From positions 1-62,871 of the forward strand of contig JAWOEJ010000291.1 in assembly GCA_046482845.1 (NCBI GenBank): 62,871 bases of DNA, in the 5' to 3' direction. The translations under genes were made by a program, and so were the position numbers. Shown piece after piece: positions 1-8,051 of this stretch. The notes below the pieces were generated by a model that saw only the letters and a list, made by a program, of their open reading frames with translations, was not told the origin of the DNA and did not search any database. The first letter of the stretch is position 1. Each line of letters starts with the position of its first letter. The DNA is from Desulfobacteraceae bacterium. Lineage in GTDB: Bacteria > Desulfobacterota > Desulfobacteria > Desulfobacterales > Desulfobacteraceae.

Positions 1-313
1 ATTTGCCGGTGGTCTGGTCCATCCAGTCAAGAAAGGCGGGCAGGCCGTTTTCAATGGGCACCTGGAGAATCTGGGGAACTTCGTAATTATGGTGCGCCAG
101 GATAAAAGACTCCAGTTCCGGGTACAGGGATGTCCGGGTTTTGATGACCAGCCGGGTTTCTGTTTCCGTCTGCACCCGGCCGTCCCAGTTAAACACACTG
201 ACCACCGGATTCATCTGCACACAGGCAGCCAGTTTTTTGTGAACAATTTTGGATGCCAGATCTTTGGCTTCTGTTTCACTGCCGCAGGTGACAAGAACCA
301 AACAATGGGACAT
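1..313 (-). CDS. cutA: Divalent-cation tolerance protein CutA (3' end cut by window edge)
   Basis: Absent from the ORF track because it runs off the window. My minus-strand translation from the ATG at 313 gives MSHCLVLVTCGSETEAKDLASKIVHKKLAACVQMNPVVSVFNWDGRVQTETETRLVIKT..HHNYEVPQILQVPIENG, which is typical CutA1. GGAGG lies 4 nt upstream of the ATG. Confidence 0.85.
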   Translation of the reverse strand, partial: MSHCLVLVTCGSETEAKDLASKIVHKKLAACVQMNPVVSVFNWDGRVQTETETRLVIKTRTSLYPELESFILAHHNYEVPQILQVPIENGLPAFLDWMDQTTGK

Positions 314-358
314 GATACCTCCTTTCATGGGAATCCGGCCATGTAATCTGTTTATACA

Positions 359-487
359 TATGAAAGCCGTCAGCTATCAGTACTCAGCTAACAGCTAACA
401 GCTAAAAGCTAACAGCTAACAGCTAACAGCTAACAGCTAACAGTTAACAGCTAAAAGCTAACAGCTAAAAGCTAAAAGCTAACAGCT
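359..487 (-). repeat. Heptamer tandem array: 14 units of AGCTAAC (variants AGCTAAA, AGTTAAC) at 386-483, plus conserved flank ATGAAAGCCGTCAGC..CAGTACTC
   Basis: Units counted directly. The same flank plus array recurs at 38863-38921 and, inverted, at 55109-55160. Confidence 0.92.
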
Positions 488-682
488 TTATTGTGTCCCC
501 CAGTCGCTGTTTTTTACCCTGGCAGGTTACCGTTGGGTCGGCCACCCAATGTAAGGGATTAAACTGAAAGTATTTTTTGAAAATAAAAAATACTTGATTT
601 CAGACAGTATGTATTTTATAATATTATGTTTGATTTAACCTTTATGGTCATAATGTGGCGGGAATCAGAACAGTTCGTTAAA

Positions 683-926
683 ACTCGGTTATCAAGTTTT
701 TATGGAAGGACCGATTAAGAGCCCCCAGCGGTTGCCTGTCAGGAACATTGAGAACCAAAGGAGATCAGACTTTTTCCCTGCCAGGCGTTAAGAAAATCAA
801 GCTGTTTGAGGACCAATGGCCGCAGTTCTTGATTTTTAGCCTGGCAGGGAAAAAGTCCTCCGTCGTTCTCGTTCCTGACAGGCAACCGCTGGGGGCGGCG
901 GTATTCAAAAAACTTGATAACCGAGT
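683..926. repeat. 244-bp nested palindromic intergenic element (MITE/REP-like)
   Basis: Four concentric inverted-repeat pairs: termini ACTCGGTTATCAAGTTTTT (683-701) with 907-926; a perfect 25-bp pair 722-746 with 871-895; a perfect 17-bp pair 770-786 with 839-855; and a 9-bp pair 793-801 with 828-836. Related copies lie at 27732-27851, 38922-38980 and 18441-18493. Confidence 0.88.
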
Positions 927-930
927 AAAA

Positions 931-964
931 GCTTTCATGCTTTGTTGTGTCCATCAGGACATGG
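931..964 (-). repeat. 34-bp repeat module CCATGyCyTGA..CACAACAAAGCATGAAAGC
   Basis: The reverse complement of 931-964 matches 55081-55114 at 29 of 34 positions, including a 19-nt identical run. Confidence 0.8.
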
Positions 965-995
965 GGAATAGTTAAAAAAAATTAAAAATTATTAC

Positions 996-1023
996 TTGAC
1001 ATTATTGTGCAACCCCGTATAGT
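996..1023 (+). promoter_or_regulatory. Candidate sigma70-type promoter of the ilv operon
   Basis: TTGACA (996-1001), a 16-nt spacer, then TATAGT (1018-1023), about 60 nt upstream of the leader ORF. Confidence 0.4.
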
Positions 1024-1085
1024 ATTTGGTAGAGTTAGCATCAACAAATAAAAAACAGCAGAAAAAAGAATAAAATTAGTAATAT

Positions 1086-1169
1086 ATGAATACTATTATT
1101 ATACTTAACGTCCTTATTTCCCTTATTATCGTAGATGTGATTATTGTCACTCTACGGAGAAAAGGCTGA
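1086..1169 (+). CDS. ilv operon leader peptide (27 aa, MNTIIILNVLISLIIVDVIIVTLRRKG)
   Basis: My translation. 16 of 27 residues are Ile (8), Val (4) or Leu (4). It lies between the candidate promoter and a terminator hairpin directly upstream of ilvD. The SD is weak. Confidence 0.65.
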   Translation: MNTIIILNVLISLIIVDVIIVTLRRKG

Positions 1170-1197
1170 CCAGGGCAAAAAGTATAATAAGAATCAT

Positions 1198-1244
1198 AAA
1201 AGCCGTTATCAGCCTTTAAAAAGCTGATAACGGCTTTTTATTTT
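1198..1244 (+). terminator. Attenuator (intrinsic terminator) upstream of ilvD
   Basis: Perfect 16-bp stem AAAAGCCGTTATCAGC (1198-1213) with GCTGATAACGGCTTTT (1223-1238), followed by a T-rich tail. The ilvD RBS GGAGGA follows at 1245-1250. Confidence 0.8.
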
Positions 1245-1255
1245 GGAGGAAAAAA

Positions 1256-2923
1256 ATGAGAAGTGACATTGCCAAAAAAGGGCCGGCCAGAGCCCCCCAT
1301 AGAAGCCTTATGAAAGCAGCCGGCTTTACCGACGAAGAGATTGCGCGCCCCCTGGTGGGCATTGCCAATTCAGCCAATGAACTGATTCCCGGGCATATCC
1401 ACCTTGACAACATTGTTAACGCCGTCAAAGCCGGTATTTCCTCGGCAGGCGGAACCCCCATGGAATTTTCCACCATTGGAATATGTGACGGTGTGGCCAT
1501 GAACCACAGGGGAATGCACTATTCCCTGGCCAGCCGTGAACTCATTGCGGATTCCATAGAGGTGACTGCAACGGCCCACCCCTTTGACGCCATTGTCATG
1601 GTGCCCAATTGTGACAAAATCATACCCGGAATGCTTATGGCAGCGGCCCGGCTGAACATCCCCTGCATTGTAATCAGCGGCGGTCCCATGCTGGCCGGCA
1701 GGGACCCTGAAAACCACACAAGAAAAATCGATCTGGTCTCTGTTTTTGAAGCTGTGGGAAAACTTAAGACCAACAAAATATCTGAAGACCAGCTGACTGC
1801 CATTGAAAATGCAGCCTGCCCCAGCTGCGGCTCCTGCGCCGGCATGTTTACAGCCAATTCCATGAACTGCCTGACCGAGGCCATCGGCATGGGGCTGCCG
1901 GGAAACGGCACCGTACCAGCCCCCATGTCTGAACGAATACGCCTGGCAAAACAGGCCGGGGCAGCGGTTATGGATCTTTTCAACAAAAAGATCACGCCTG
2001 ACAGAATTCTTACCCGGGAGGCCTTTGAAAATGCACTGGCAGTGGATATGGCCCTTGGCTGCTCCACCAATACAGTGCTTCACATTACTGCCCTTGCCGG
2101 GGAAGCGGGTATTGACATTGACCTGGACATGATCAACGCCATCAGCCAGAAAACCCCCCATCTCTGCGCCTTAAGCCCGGGAGGCAGCGACCATATTGAA
2201 GACCTCTATTATGCCGGGGGCATTCAGGGGGTAATGAAGGAACTTTACACGGCCGGCATGATCCACGGCAGTCCATTGACGGTCACCACCCGGACGGTAT
2301 CAGACAATATGGAAACGGCAAAGGTAAAGGACAGCCGGGTCATCCGCCCTGTTACCGACCCCCGGCACAAACAGGGGGGTATTGCTGTTCTTTTCGGCAA
2401 CCTTGCACCGGAAGGCTGTGTGGTCAAGCAGTCTGCAGTCAAGGAAAAAATGCTCACCCACCAGGGACCGGCCCGGGTGTTCAACTCTGAAGAAGAGGCC
2501 ACAGATGCCATCATGGAAAACAGAATCAAACAGGGCGATGTCGTTATTATCCGGTATGAGGGACCGGCAGGGGGACCGGGAATGCGGGAAATGCTCACCC
2601 CTACATCTGCCCTGGCCGGCATGGGACTGGATGAGGATGTGGCCCTGATTACCGACGGGCGGTTTTCCGGCGGCACCAAAGGGGCCTCCATCGGCCATAT
2701 CTCACCCGAGGCCATGGAGGGGGGTCTGATCGCACTGGTAAAGGAAAATGATCTGATCACAATTGATATTCCAGGGAAAAAAATAGAATTAAGCCTGCCG
2801 GATTCAGAAATCAGTAAAAGAAAAGCACAATGGAAAAAACCCGATCTTAAAATCAAAACCGGTTATCTGGCCAGATATGCAAAACAGGTATCTTCTGCCA
2901 GCACAGGGGCGGTATTCAAGTAA
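1256..2923 (+). CDS. ilvD: Dihydroxy-acid dehydratase
   Basis: 555 aa with IlvD/Edd family motifs ([36 protein letters not shown]). Confidence 0.97.
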   Translation: MRSDIAKKGPARAPHRSLMKAAGFTDEEIARPLVGIANSANELIPGHIHLDNIVNAVKAGISSAGGTPMEFSTIGICDGVAMNHRGMHYSLASRELIADSIEVTATAHPFDAIVMVPNCDKIIPGMLMAAARLNIPCIVISGGPMLAGRDPENHTRKIDLVSVFEAVGKLKTNKISEDQLTAIENAACPSCGSCAGMFTANSMNCLTEAIGMGLPGNGTVPAPMSERIRLAKQAGAAVMDLFNKKITPDRILTREAFENALAVDMALGCSTNTVLHITALAGEAGIDIDLDMINAISQKTPHLCALSPGGSDHIEDLYYAGGIQGVMKELYTAGMIHGSPLTVTTRTVSDNMETAKVKDSRVIRPVTDPRHKQGGIAVLFGNLAPEGCVVKQSAVKEKMLTHQGPARVFNSEEEATDAIMENRIKQGDVVIIRYEGPAGGPGMREMLTPTSALAGMGLDEDVALITDGRFSGGTKGASIGHISPEAMEGGLIALVKENDLITIDIPGKKIELSLPDSEISKRKAQWKKPDLKIKTGYLARYAKQVSSASTGAVFK

Positions 2924-2969
2924 ATACGGATGTAACCAGGCTTACACAACAAAACCAAGGGAGAGGAAA

Positions 2970-4661
2970 ATGAAGCTTTCAGGCGCACAGATCCTGGTAA
3001 AAATGATAAAATCCCAGCAGGTGGATACAATTTTCGGATATCCGGGAGGCGCTGTTATTGATATTTATGATGAATTGTCCAGACATGACGACCTGCGTCA
3101 TATTCTGGTCCGCCATGAACAGGGCGCAATTCATGCTGCAGACGCCTATGCCCGGGCAAAGGGATGTGTGGGGGTAGCCCTGGTCACATCGGGCCCTGGA
3201 GCCACCAATACCGTTACAGGCATTGCATCGGCCTATATGGACTCCATTCCCCTGGTGGTCTTTACAGGTCAGGTGCCCACGGCCCTTATCGGCAACGATG
3301 CCTTTCAGGAAGTGGACATTGTCGGTATTACACGGCCATGCACCAAGCACAACTATCTGGTCAAGGATATAAACAGCCTGGCAAAAATTGTAAAACAGGC
3401 CTTTTTCCTTGCCCGGTCCGGGCGGCCCGGGCCGGTTCTTGTCGACCTTCCCAAGGACATCATGGGATCAGTTACTGAATTTGAAGAACCCGATGACATC
3501 AGCCTTAAATCCTACAACCCGACCTATGATCCCAATAAAAAACAGCTTTTAAAGATTGCAGATCTCATCAAAAAAGCTGAAAAGCCCCTGATATTTGCAG
3601 GGGGCGGGGTTGTTCTGTCAAAGGCGTCAAAGGAAATAACAAGGCTTGCCAATATGGCCGAGATTCCGGTAACTGCATCCCTTATGGGCCTTGGGTGCTT
3701 TCCCGGCTCATCTCCTCTGTGGCTTGGCATGCCGGGAATGCACGGCACATACCGTGCCAATATGTCCATTGCACACTGTGATCTGATGATTGCAGCAGGG
3801 GTGAGGTTTGACGACAGGGTAACTGGAAAGATCGAGCAGTTTGCTCCCCATGCCCATATTGTCCAGATTGACATTGACCCTACCTCCATACGGAAAAATG
3901 TGGATGTGGCCTGTCCTGTTGTGGGGGACTGCAGAACCACCCTTGATATGCTCAATACCATGCTGGAAAAGGAAGCTTTTTCAGGTCTGAAGGAATCCAG
4001 AAAGGCATGGCTTGAACAGATACAGCAGTGGAAAGAAAGCTCCCCCCAGCGCTATGACCAGGATGACCAGACAATCAAACCCCAGTATGTCATTGAAAAA
4101 CTCCATGAGGTTACCCAGGGAAAGGCCATTATTACCACTGAAGTGGGGCAGAACCAGATGTGGGCGGCCCAGTACTACCATTTTGACCAGCCCAACCATT
4201 TTATCACATCCGGGGGACTGGGGGTCATGGGATTTGGTCTTCCCGCCGCCATCGGCGCCAAAGCGGCATGTCCGGATAAAATTGTGGTGGATATTGCCGG
4301 AGACGGAAGTATTCAGATGAACATCCAGGAACTTATGACGGCTGTGGAATCCAATCTTCCTGTTAAAATTGTGATTCTCAACAACAGATACCTCGGCATG
4401 GTCAGGCAGTGGCAGGAGCTCTTCTACAACAAAAACTATGCCTGCACCAGCATGGAAATGGCGCCGGACTTTATTCAGCTGGCAGAAGCCTTCCATGCCA
4501 CCGGGCTGAGGGCTGAAACACCTGGTGAAGTGGAAGGGGTATTAAAAAAAGGAATGGATCTTCCAGGCACTGTAATCATGGAGTTTATTGTGGAACGGGA
4601 GGAATCTGTGTATCCCATGGTACCTGCAGGCAAAGCATTAACTGAAATGCTGCTGGTATAG
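2970..4661 (+). CDS. ilvB: Acetolactate synthase large (catalytic) subunit
   Basis: ThDP enzyme motifs (GYPGGAV, GPGATN, GLGVMGFGLPAAIGA, GDGSIQMN). The start is set at the ATG at 2970 (MKLSGAQ) after GGGAGAGG, not at the track start 2877, which overlaps ilvD. Confidence 0.95.
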   Translation: MKLSGAQILVKMIKSQQVDTIFGYPGGAVIDIYDELSRHDDLRHILVRHEQGAIHAADAYARAKGCVGVALVTSGPGATNTVTGIASAYMDSIPLVVFTGQVPTALIGNDAFQEVDIVGITRPCTKHNYLVKDINSLAKIVKQAFFLARSGRPGPVLVDLPKDIMGSVTEFEEPDDISLKSYNPTYDPNKKQLLKIADLIKKAEKPLIFAGGGVVLSKASKEITRLANMAEIPVTASLMGLGCFPGSSPLWLGMPGMHGTYRANMSIAHCDLMIAAGVRFDDRVTGKIEQFAPHAHIVQIDIDPTSIRKNVDVACPVVGDCRTTLDMLNTMLEKEAFSGLKESRKAWLEQIQQWKESSPQRYDQDDQTIKPQYVIEKLHEVTQGKAIITTEVGQNQMWAAQYYHFDQPNHFITSGGLGVMGFGLPAAIGAKAACPDKIVVDIAGDGSIQMNIQELMTAVESNLPVKIVILNNRYLGMVRQWQELFYNKNYACTSMEMAPDFIQLAEAFHATGLRAETPGEVEGVLKKGMDLPGTVIMEFIVEREESVYPMVPAGKALTEMLLV

Positions 4662-4694
4662 GAAACACTGCTGCTATAAAAGGAGGTTGAAAGA

Positions 4695-5186
4695 ATGACC
4701 CTTGAAAAACATCTGCTGTCCATTCTCGTGGACAATGAACCGGGTGTGCTGTCACGGATTGCCGGTCTTTTCAGCGGCCGGGGATACAATATAGAAAGTC
4801 TCAGTGTTGCGCCCACAGCCAGACCCGGCCTGTCACGGATCACCATGGTGACAGGGGGAGACGAGCCCATTGTTGAACAGATCAAGAAACAGCTGAACAA
4901 GCTGATCAATGTGATTACCGTCACCGATCTAACAGACAAGAAATATGTCATGAGAGAGCTGGCCCTGATCAAGGTCAATGCAAAACCCGATCAGCGGGCG
5001 GAAATTTTAAGAATCGTTGATATCTTCAGATGCAGGGTGGTGGATGTGGGCCTGAACCACTATACCATTGAAGTATCAGGGGACGAGGGAAAACTCAAGG
5101 CGTTCCTGCATCTGTTAACCCCCATGGGCATTATAGAAGTGGCAAGGACAGGGTCCATAGCCCTTGCCCGGGAAAACAAGAGATAA
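4695..5186 (+). CDS. ilvN: Acetolactate synthase small (regulatory, ACT) subunit
   Basis: 163 aa. LSILVDNEPGVLSRIAGLFSGRGYNIESL is the ACT signature of IlvH/IlvN. The gene follows ilvB directly. Confidence 0.95.
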   Translation: MTLEKHLLSILVDNEPGVLSRIAGLFSGRGYNIESLSVAPTARPGLSRITMVTGGDEPIVEQIKKQLNKLINVITVTDLTDKKYVMRELALIKVNAKPDQRAEILRIVDIFRCRVVDVGLNHYTIEVSGDEGKLKAFLHLLTPMGIIEVARTGSIALARENKR

Positions 5187-5266
5187 AAAAACTTAATCAT
5201 TGAATAATAATAAAATTTTGTCAAAAACCAGAATATAAAAACAAACATTACAAGGAGAAAAGCAGA

Positions 5267-6313
5267 ATGGGAAAAATTGATTTTGGCGGAACCATTGAAG
5301 ATATTGTAACCAGGGAAGAGTTCACCATTGAAAAGGCAAGAGATGTTTTAAAAGATGAGGTGATTTCAGTTCTCGGTTACGGAGTGCAGGGACCGGGTCA
5401 GGCGCTGAATATGAAAGACAACGGATTCAAGGTGATCATAGGCCAGCGGGAGAACAGTCCTTCCTGGGAAAAAGCGCTCAGGGACGGATGGGTGCCGGGC
5501 AAAGATTTGTTATCCATAGAAGAAGCTGCTGAAAAAGGCACCATTATTCAGTATCTTCTGTCTGACGCAGGACAGAAACTCATGTGGGACCGGGTAAAAC
5601 CCTGTCTGAACAAAGGGGATGCCCTGTATTTTTCCCACGGGTTTTCCATTGTCTACAAGGACCAGACCCATGTGATCCCGCCCGGGGATGTGGATGTGAT
5701 CCTGGCCGCGCCAAAGGGCTCCGGCACAAGCGTTCGGCGCAATTTCCTTGCAGGGGCCGGAATCAACTCAAGCTACGCTGTTTTCCAGGATGTCACGGGC
5801 AGGGCAAAGGAAAGGGTCCTGGCCATTGGTATTGCCATTGGATCAGGCTACCTTTTTCCCACCACCTTTGAAAAAGAAGTGCACAGTGATCTTACCGGGG
5901 AAAGGGGCGTGCTCATGGGGGCACTTGCAGGCATCATGGAGGCCCAGTACGAGGTACTGAGGGCCAACAACCACTCACCCAGCGAAGCCTTTAATGAAAC
6001 CGTGGAAGAACTTACCCAGAGCCTCATCCGGCTGGTAGATGAAAACGGCATGGACTGGATGTATGCCAACTGCAGTACCACGGCCCAGCGGGGCGCCCTG
6101 GACTGGAAGCCGAAGTTTAAAGAGGCCACCCTTCCGGTTTTTCAGGAATTGTACCAATCTGTAGTATCTGGAAAGGAAACTGAACTGACCTTAAAGGCCA
6201 ATATGGCTGACAACTACCATGAAAATCTGGCCAGGGAACTTAAGGAAATCCATGATTCGGAAATGTGGACAGCCGGCAGAGCAGTGCGTGGCTTAAGGCC
6301 GGGAAATAAATAA
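5267..6313 (+). CDS. ilvC: Ketol-acid reductoisomerase
   Basis: 348 aa with GYGVQGPGQALNMKDNG (Rossmann) and the C-terminal knotted-domain motif. Confidence 0.97.
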   Translation: MGKIDFGGTIEDIVTREEFTIEKARDVLKDEVISVLGYGVQGPGQALNMKDNGFKVIIGQRENSPSWEKALRDGWVPGKDLLSIEEAAEKGTIIQYLLSDAGQKLMWDRVKPCLNKGDALYFSHGFSIVYKDQTHVIPPGDVDVILAAPKGSGTSVRRNFLAGAGINSSYAVFQDVTGRAKERVLAIGIAIGSGYLFPTTFEKEVHSDLTGERGVLMGALAGIMEAQYEVLRANNHSPSEAFNETVEELTQSLIRLVDENGMDWMYANCSTTAQRGALDWKPKFKEATLPVFQELYQSVVSGKETELTLKANMADNYHENLARELKEIHDSEMWTAGRAVRGLRPGNK

Positions 6314-6453
6314 TGTTTTAATTGTTCAGCTCTCATTTTTTGTGATCAGGAAAAATCAGATATAAAAACCTGATCATCGGGCAAGAGACACAGTAAAGCA
6401 CAAAAAAAAATCAGAGGGCTGAACAATTATCTATTTTAAAACAGGCGTTGAAA

Positions 6454-8040
6454 ATGCAGAATATACGTTTATACGACACAACATTAAGGGACGGCATGCA
6501 GGGGGAGAACATATGTTTTTCCCCCGAGGACAAAGTAAAAATAGCAAAACGGCTTGACGATATGGGAATCCACTATATTGAAGGTGGATGGCCCGGGTCC
6601 AATCCCGGTGCCCTGCATTTTTTTGAACTTGCAAAAGCAATTGAATTTAAAAATGCAAAACTTGCCGCCTTTGGCTCCACAAAAAAACCCTTTGTCAGCC
6701 CGTCAGAAGATGCAAACCTTAAAGGACTTCTTGACAGTGAGGCGCCGGTAATAACAATTTTCGGCAAATCCTGGGATCTCCACGTTGAAACAATTATGGA
6801 GAACACCCTTGATGAAAACCTGGCCATGATAGAGGAGAGCATCAGATATCTCAAGGACCACAACCGTGAAGTCATCTATGATGCAGAACATTTTTACGAC
6901 GGATATATTGAAAACCAGGATTATGCTGTAAACACCCTTGCCGCAGCTGTAAAAGGAGGCTGCACCACCCTGGTGCTCTGTGATACCAACGGCGGCACCC
7001 TGCCCCATGATATTGAAAGAATCACATCAGAGGTGATTTTAAAAATATGCGGGCGTGCAGATTCCAAGATCAGTTTTGGTATCCATGCCCACAATGACTG
7101 CAGCATGGCGGTTGCCAACTCCATTTCAGCCATACAATCGGGTGCTGTCATGGTACAGGGAACCATTAACGGGTACGGCGAACGATGTGGCAATGCCGAC
7201 CTGACCTCCATCATCCCCATCCTGGCCCTTAAACTTGACATGGACTGCATTTCAAAGGAAAATCTTAAGAAACTAAAAGCCCTTTCCAGATTTGTCAGTG
7301 AAACAGCAAATATGATTCCCCTGAATTCAAGGCCCTTTGTGGGAAAAAGCGCATTTGCCCATAAAGGCGGCATTCATGTCAGTGCTGTTGCAAAAAAGGC
7401 AAAAGCCTATGAACATATTGCCCCTGAGCTTGTCGGCAACAAAAGACGGGTTCTGGTGTCTGAACAGTCCGGTAAAAGCAATATTGAATATAAAGCCAGG
7501 GAAATGGGAATCAACTTTGATAAAAAAGGGTTGCTGGAAAAAAATATTGTATCCAGTATCAAGGAACTGGAGGATGAAGGATTTCAGTTTGAAGTAGCTG
7601 AAGGCTCCCTTAAAATCTTAATGGAAAAACTCACCAACCAGTTCAAACCCCACTTTGAACTGGAATCCTTCAGGGTCACCATAGAAAAGGACAAGGAACG
7701 CCCCTGCTATGCCTATGCGCTGATAAAAATCAGGGTGGATGACAAAACAGTGATCACTGCAGCTGAAGGGGACGGACCTGTGAGCGCCCTGGATAATGCC
7801 CTTAGAAAAGCCCTTTCCAAAATTTTTCCAGATATCAATGACATGCATCTGATCGATTTCAAGGTCAGGGTGATTGAGGGCAGCGACGGCACAGATGCAA
7901 AAGTCCGTGTTATTATCGAATCAAGGGATGAAAACAATATCTTCAGCACCATCGGTGTTTCAGAAGACATAATCGAGGCCAGCTGGCAGGCGCTGGCTGA
8001 CAGTTTTCAATACAAACTTTCCTTAAACAGGGCAGACTAG
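6454..8040 (+). CDS. cimA: (R)-citramalate synthase-type LeuA homologue
   Basis: RLYDTTLRDGMQGE..GIHYIEGGWPGSNP plus a C-terminal LeuA-dimer/regulatory domain. This resembles the long CimA type known from Geobacter. ATG at 6454 is preferred over the TTG at 6448. Confidence 0.75.
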   Translation: MQNIRLYDTTLRDGMQGENICFSPEDKVKIAKRLDDMGIHYIEGGWPGSNPGALHFFELAKAIEFKNAKLAAFGSTKKPFVSPSEDANLKGLLDSEAPVITIFGKSWDLHVETIMENTLDENLAMIEESIRYLKDHNREVIYDAEHFYDGYIENQDYAVNTLAAAVKGGCTTLVLCDTNGGTLPHDIERITSEVILKICGRADSKISFGIHAHNDCSMAVANSISAIQSGAVMVQGTINGYGERCGNADLTSIIPILALKLDMDCISKENLKKLKALSRFVSETANMIPLNSRPFVGKSAFAHKGGIHVSAVAKKAKAYEHIAPELVGNKRRVLVSEQSGKSNIEYKAREMGINFDKKGLLEKNIVSSIKELEDEGFQFEVAEGSLKILMEKLTNQFKPHFELESFRVTIEKDKERPCYAYALIKIRVDDKTVITAAEGDGPVSALDNALRKALSKIFPDINDMHLIDFKVRVIEGSDGTDAKVRVIIESRDENNIFSTIGVSEDIIEASWQALADSFQYKLSLNRAD

Positions 8041-8051
8041 GAGAAAAAAAA

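Noticed and set aside
89-346. 85-aa plus-strand ORF at the window start
   Set aside because: It is antisense to the clear CutA coding sequence and has no motif support.
359-397. 12-codon mini-ORFs beginning at the conserved flank (MKAVSYQYSANS at 359, MKAISTQLTANS at 38861, and a TTG-initiated KAVSRQPPVLS on the minus strand at about 55163)
   Set aside because: There is no Shine-Dalgarno sequence at any copy, and one copy needs a TTG start. The peptide sequence diverges after five residues, and the stop simply falls in the heptamer array. This is most likely coincidental.
386-483. Possible CRISPR array (also considered for the 20-bp duplication at 22216-22255)
   Set aside because: The units are 7 bp (or a single 20-bp duplication) in direct tandem without spacers, and there are no cas genes in the window.
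739-975. Two mirror ORFs (748-975 plus, 739-954 minus) in the cutA-ilv spacer
   Set aside because: Both lie entirely within the 244-bp nested palindrome. The symmetry of the DNA generates open frames on both strands.
2877-2969. N-terminal extensions given by the ORF track (also 18665-18745, 23224-23295, 24278-24340, 13277-13339, 53366-53413, 48079-48108)
   Set aside because: Internal starts with a good RBS give proteins of normal family length and remove overlaps with upstream genes or repeats.
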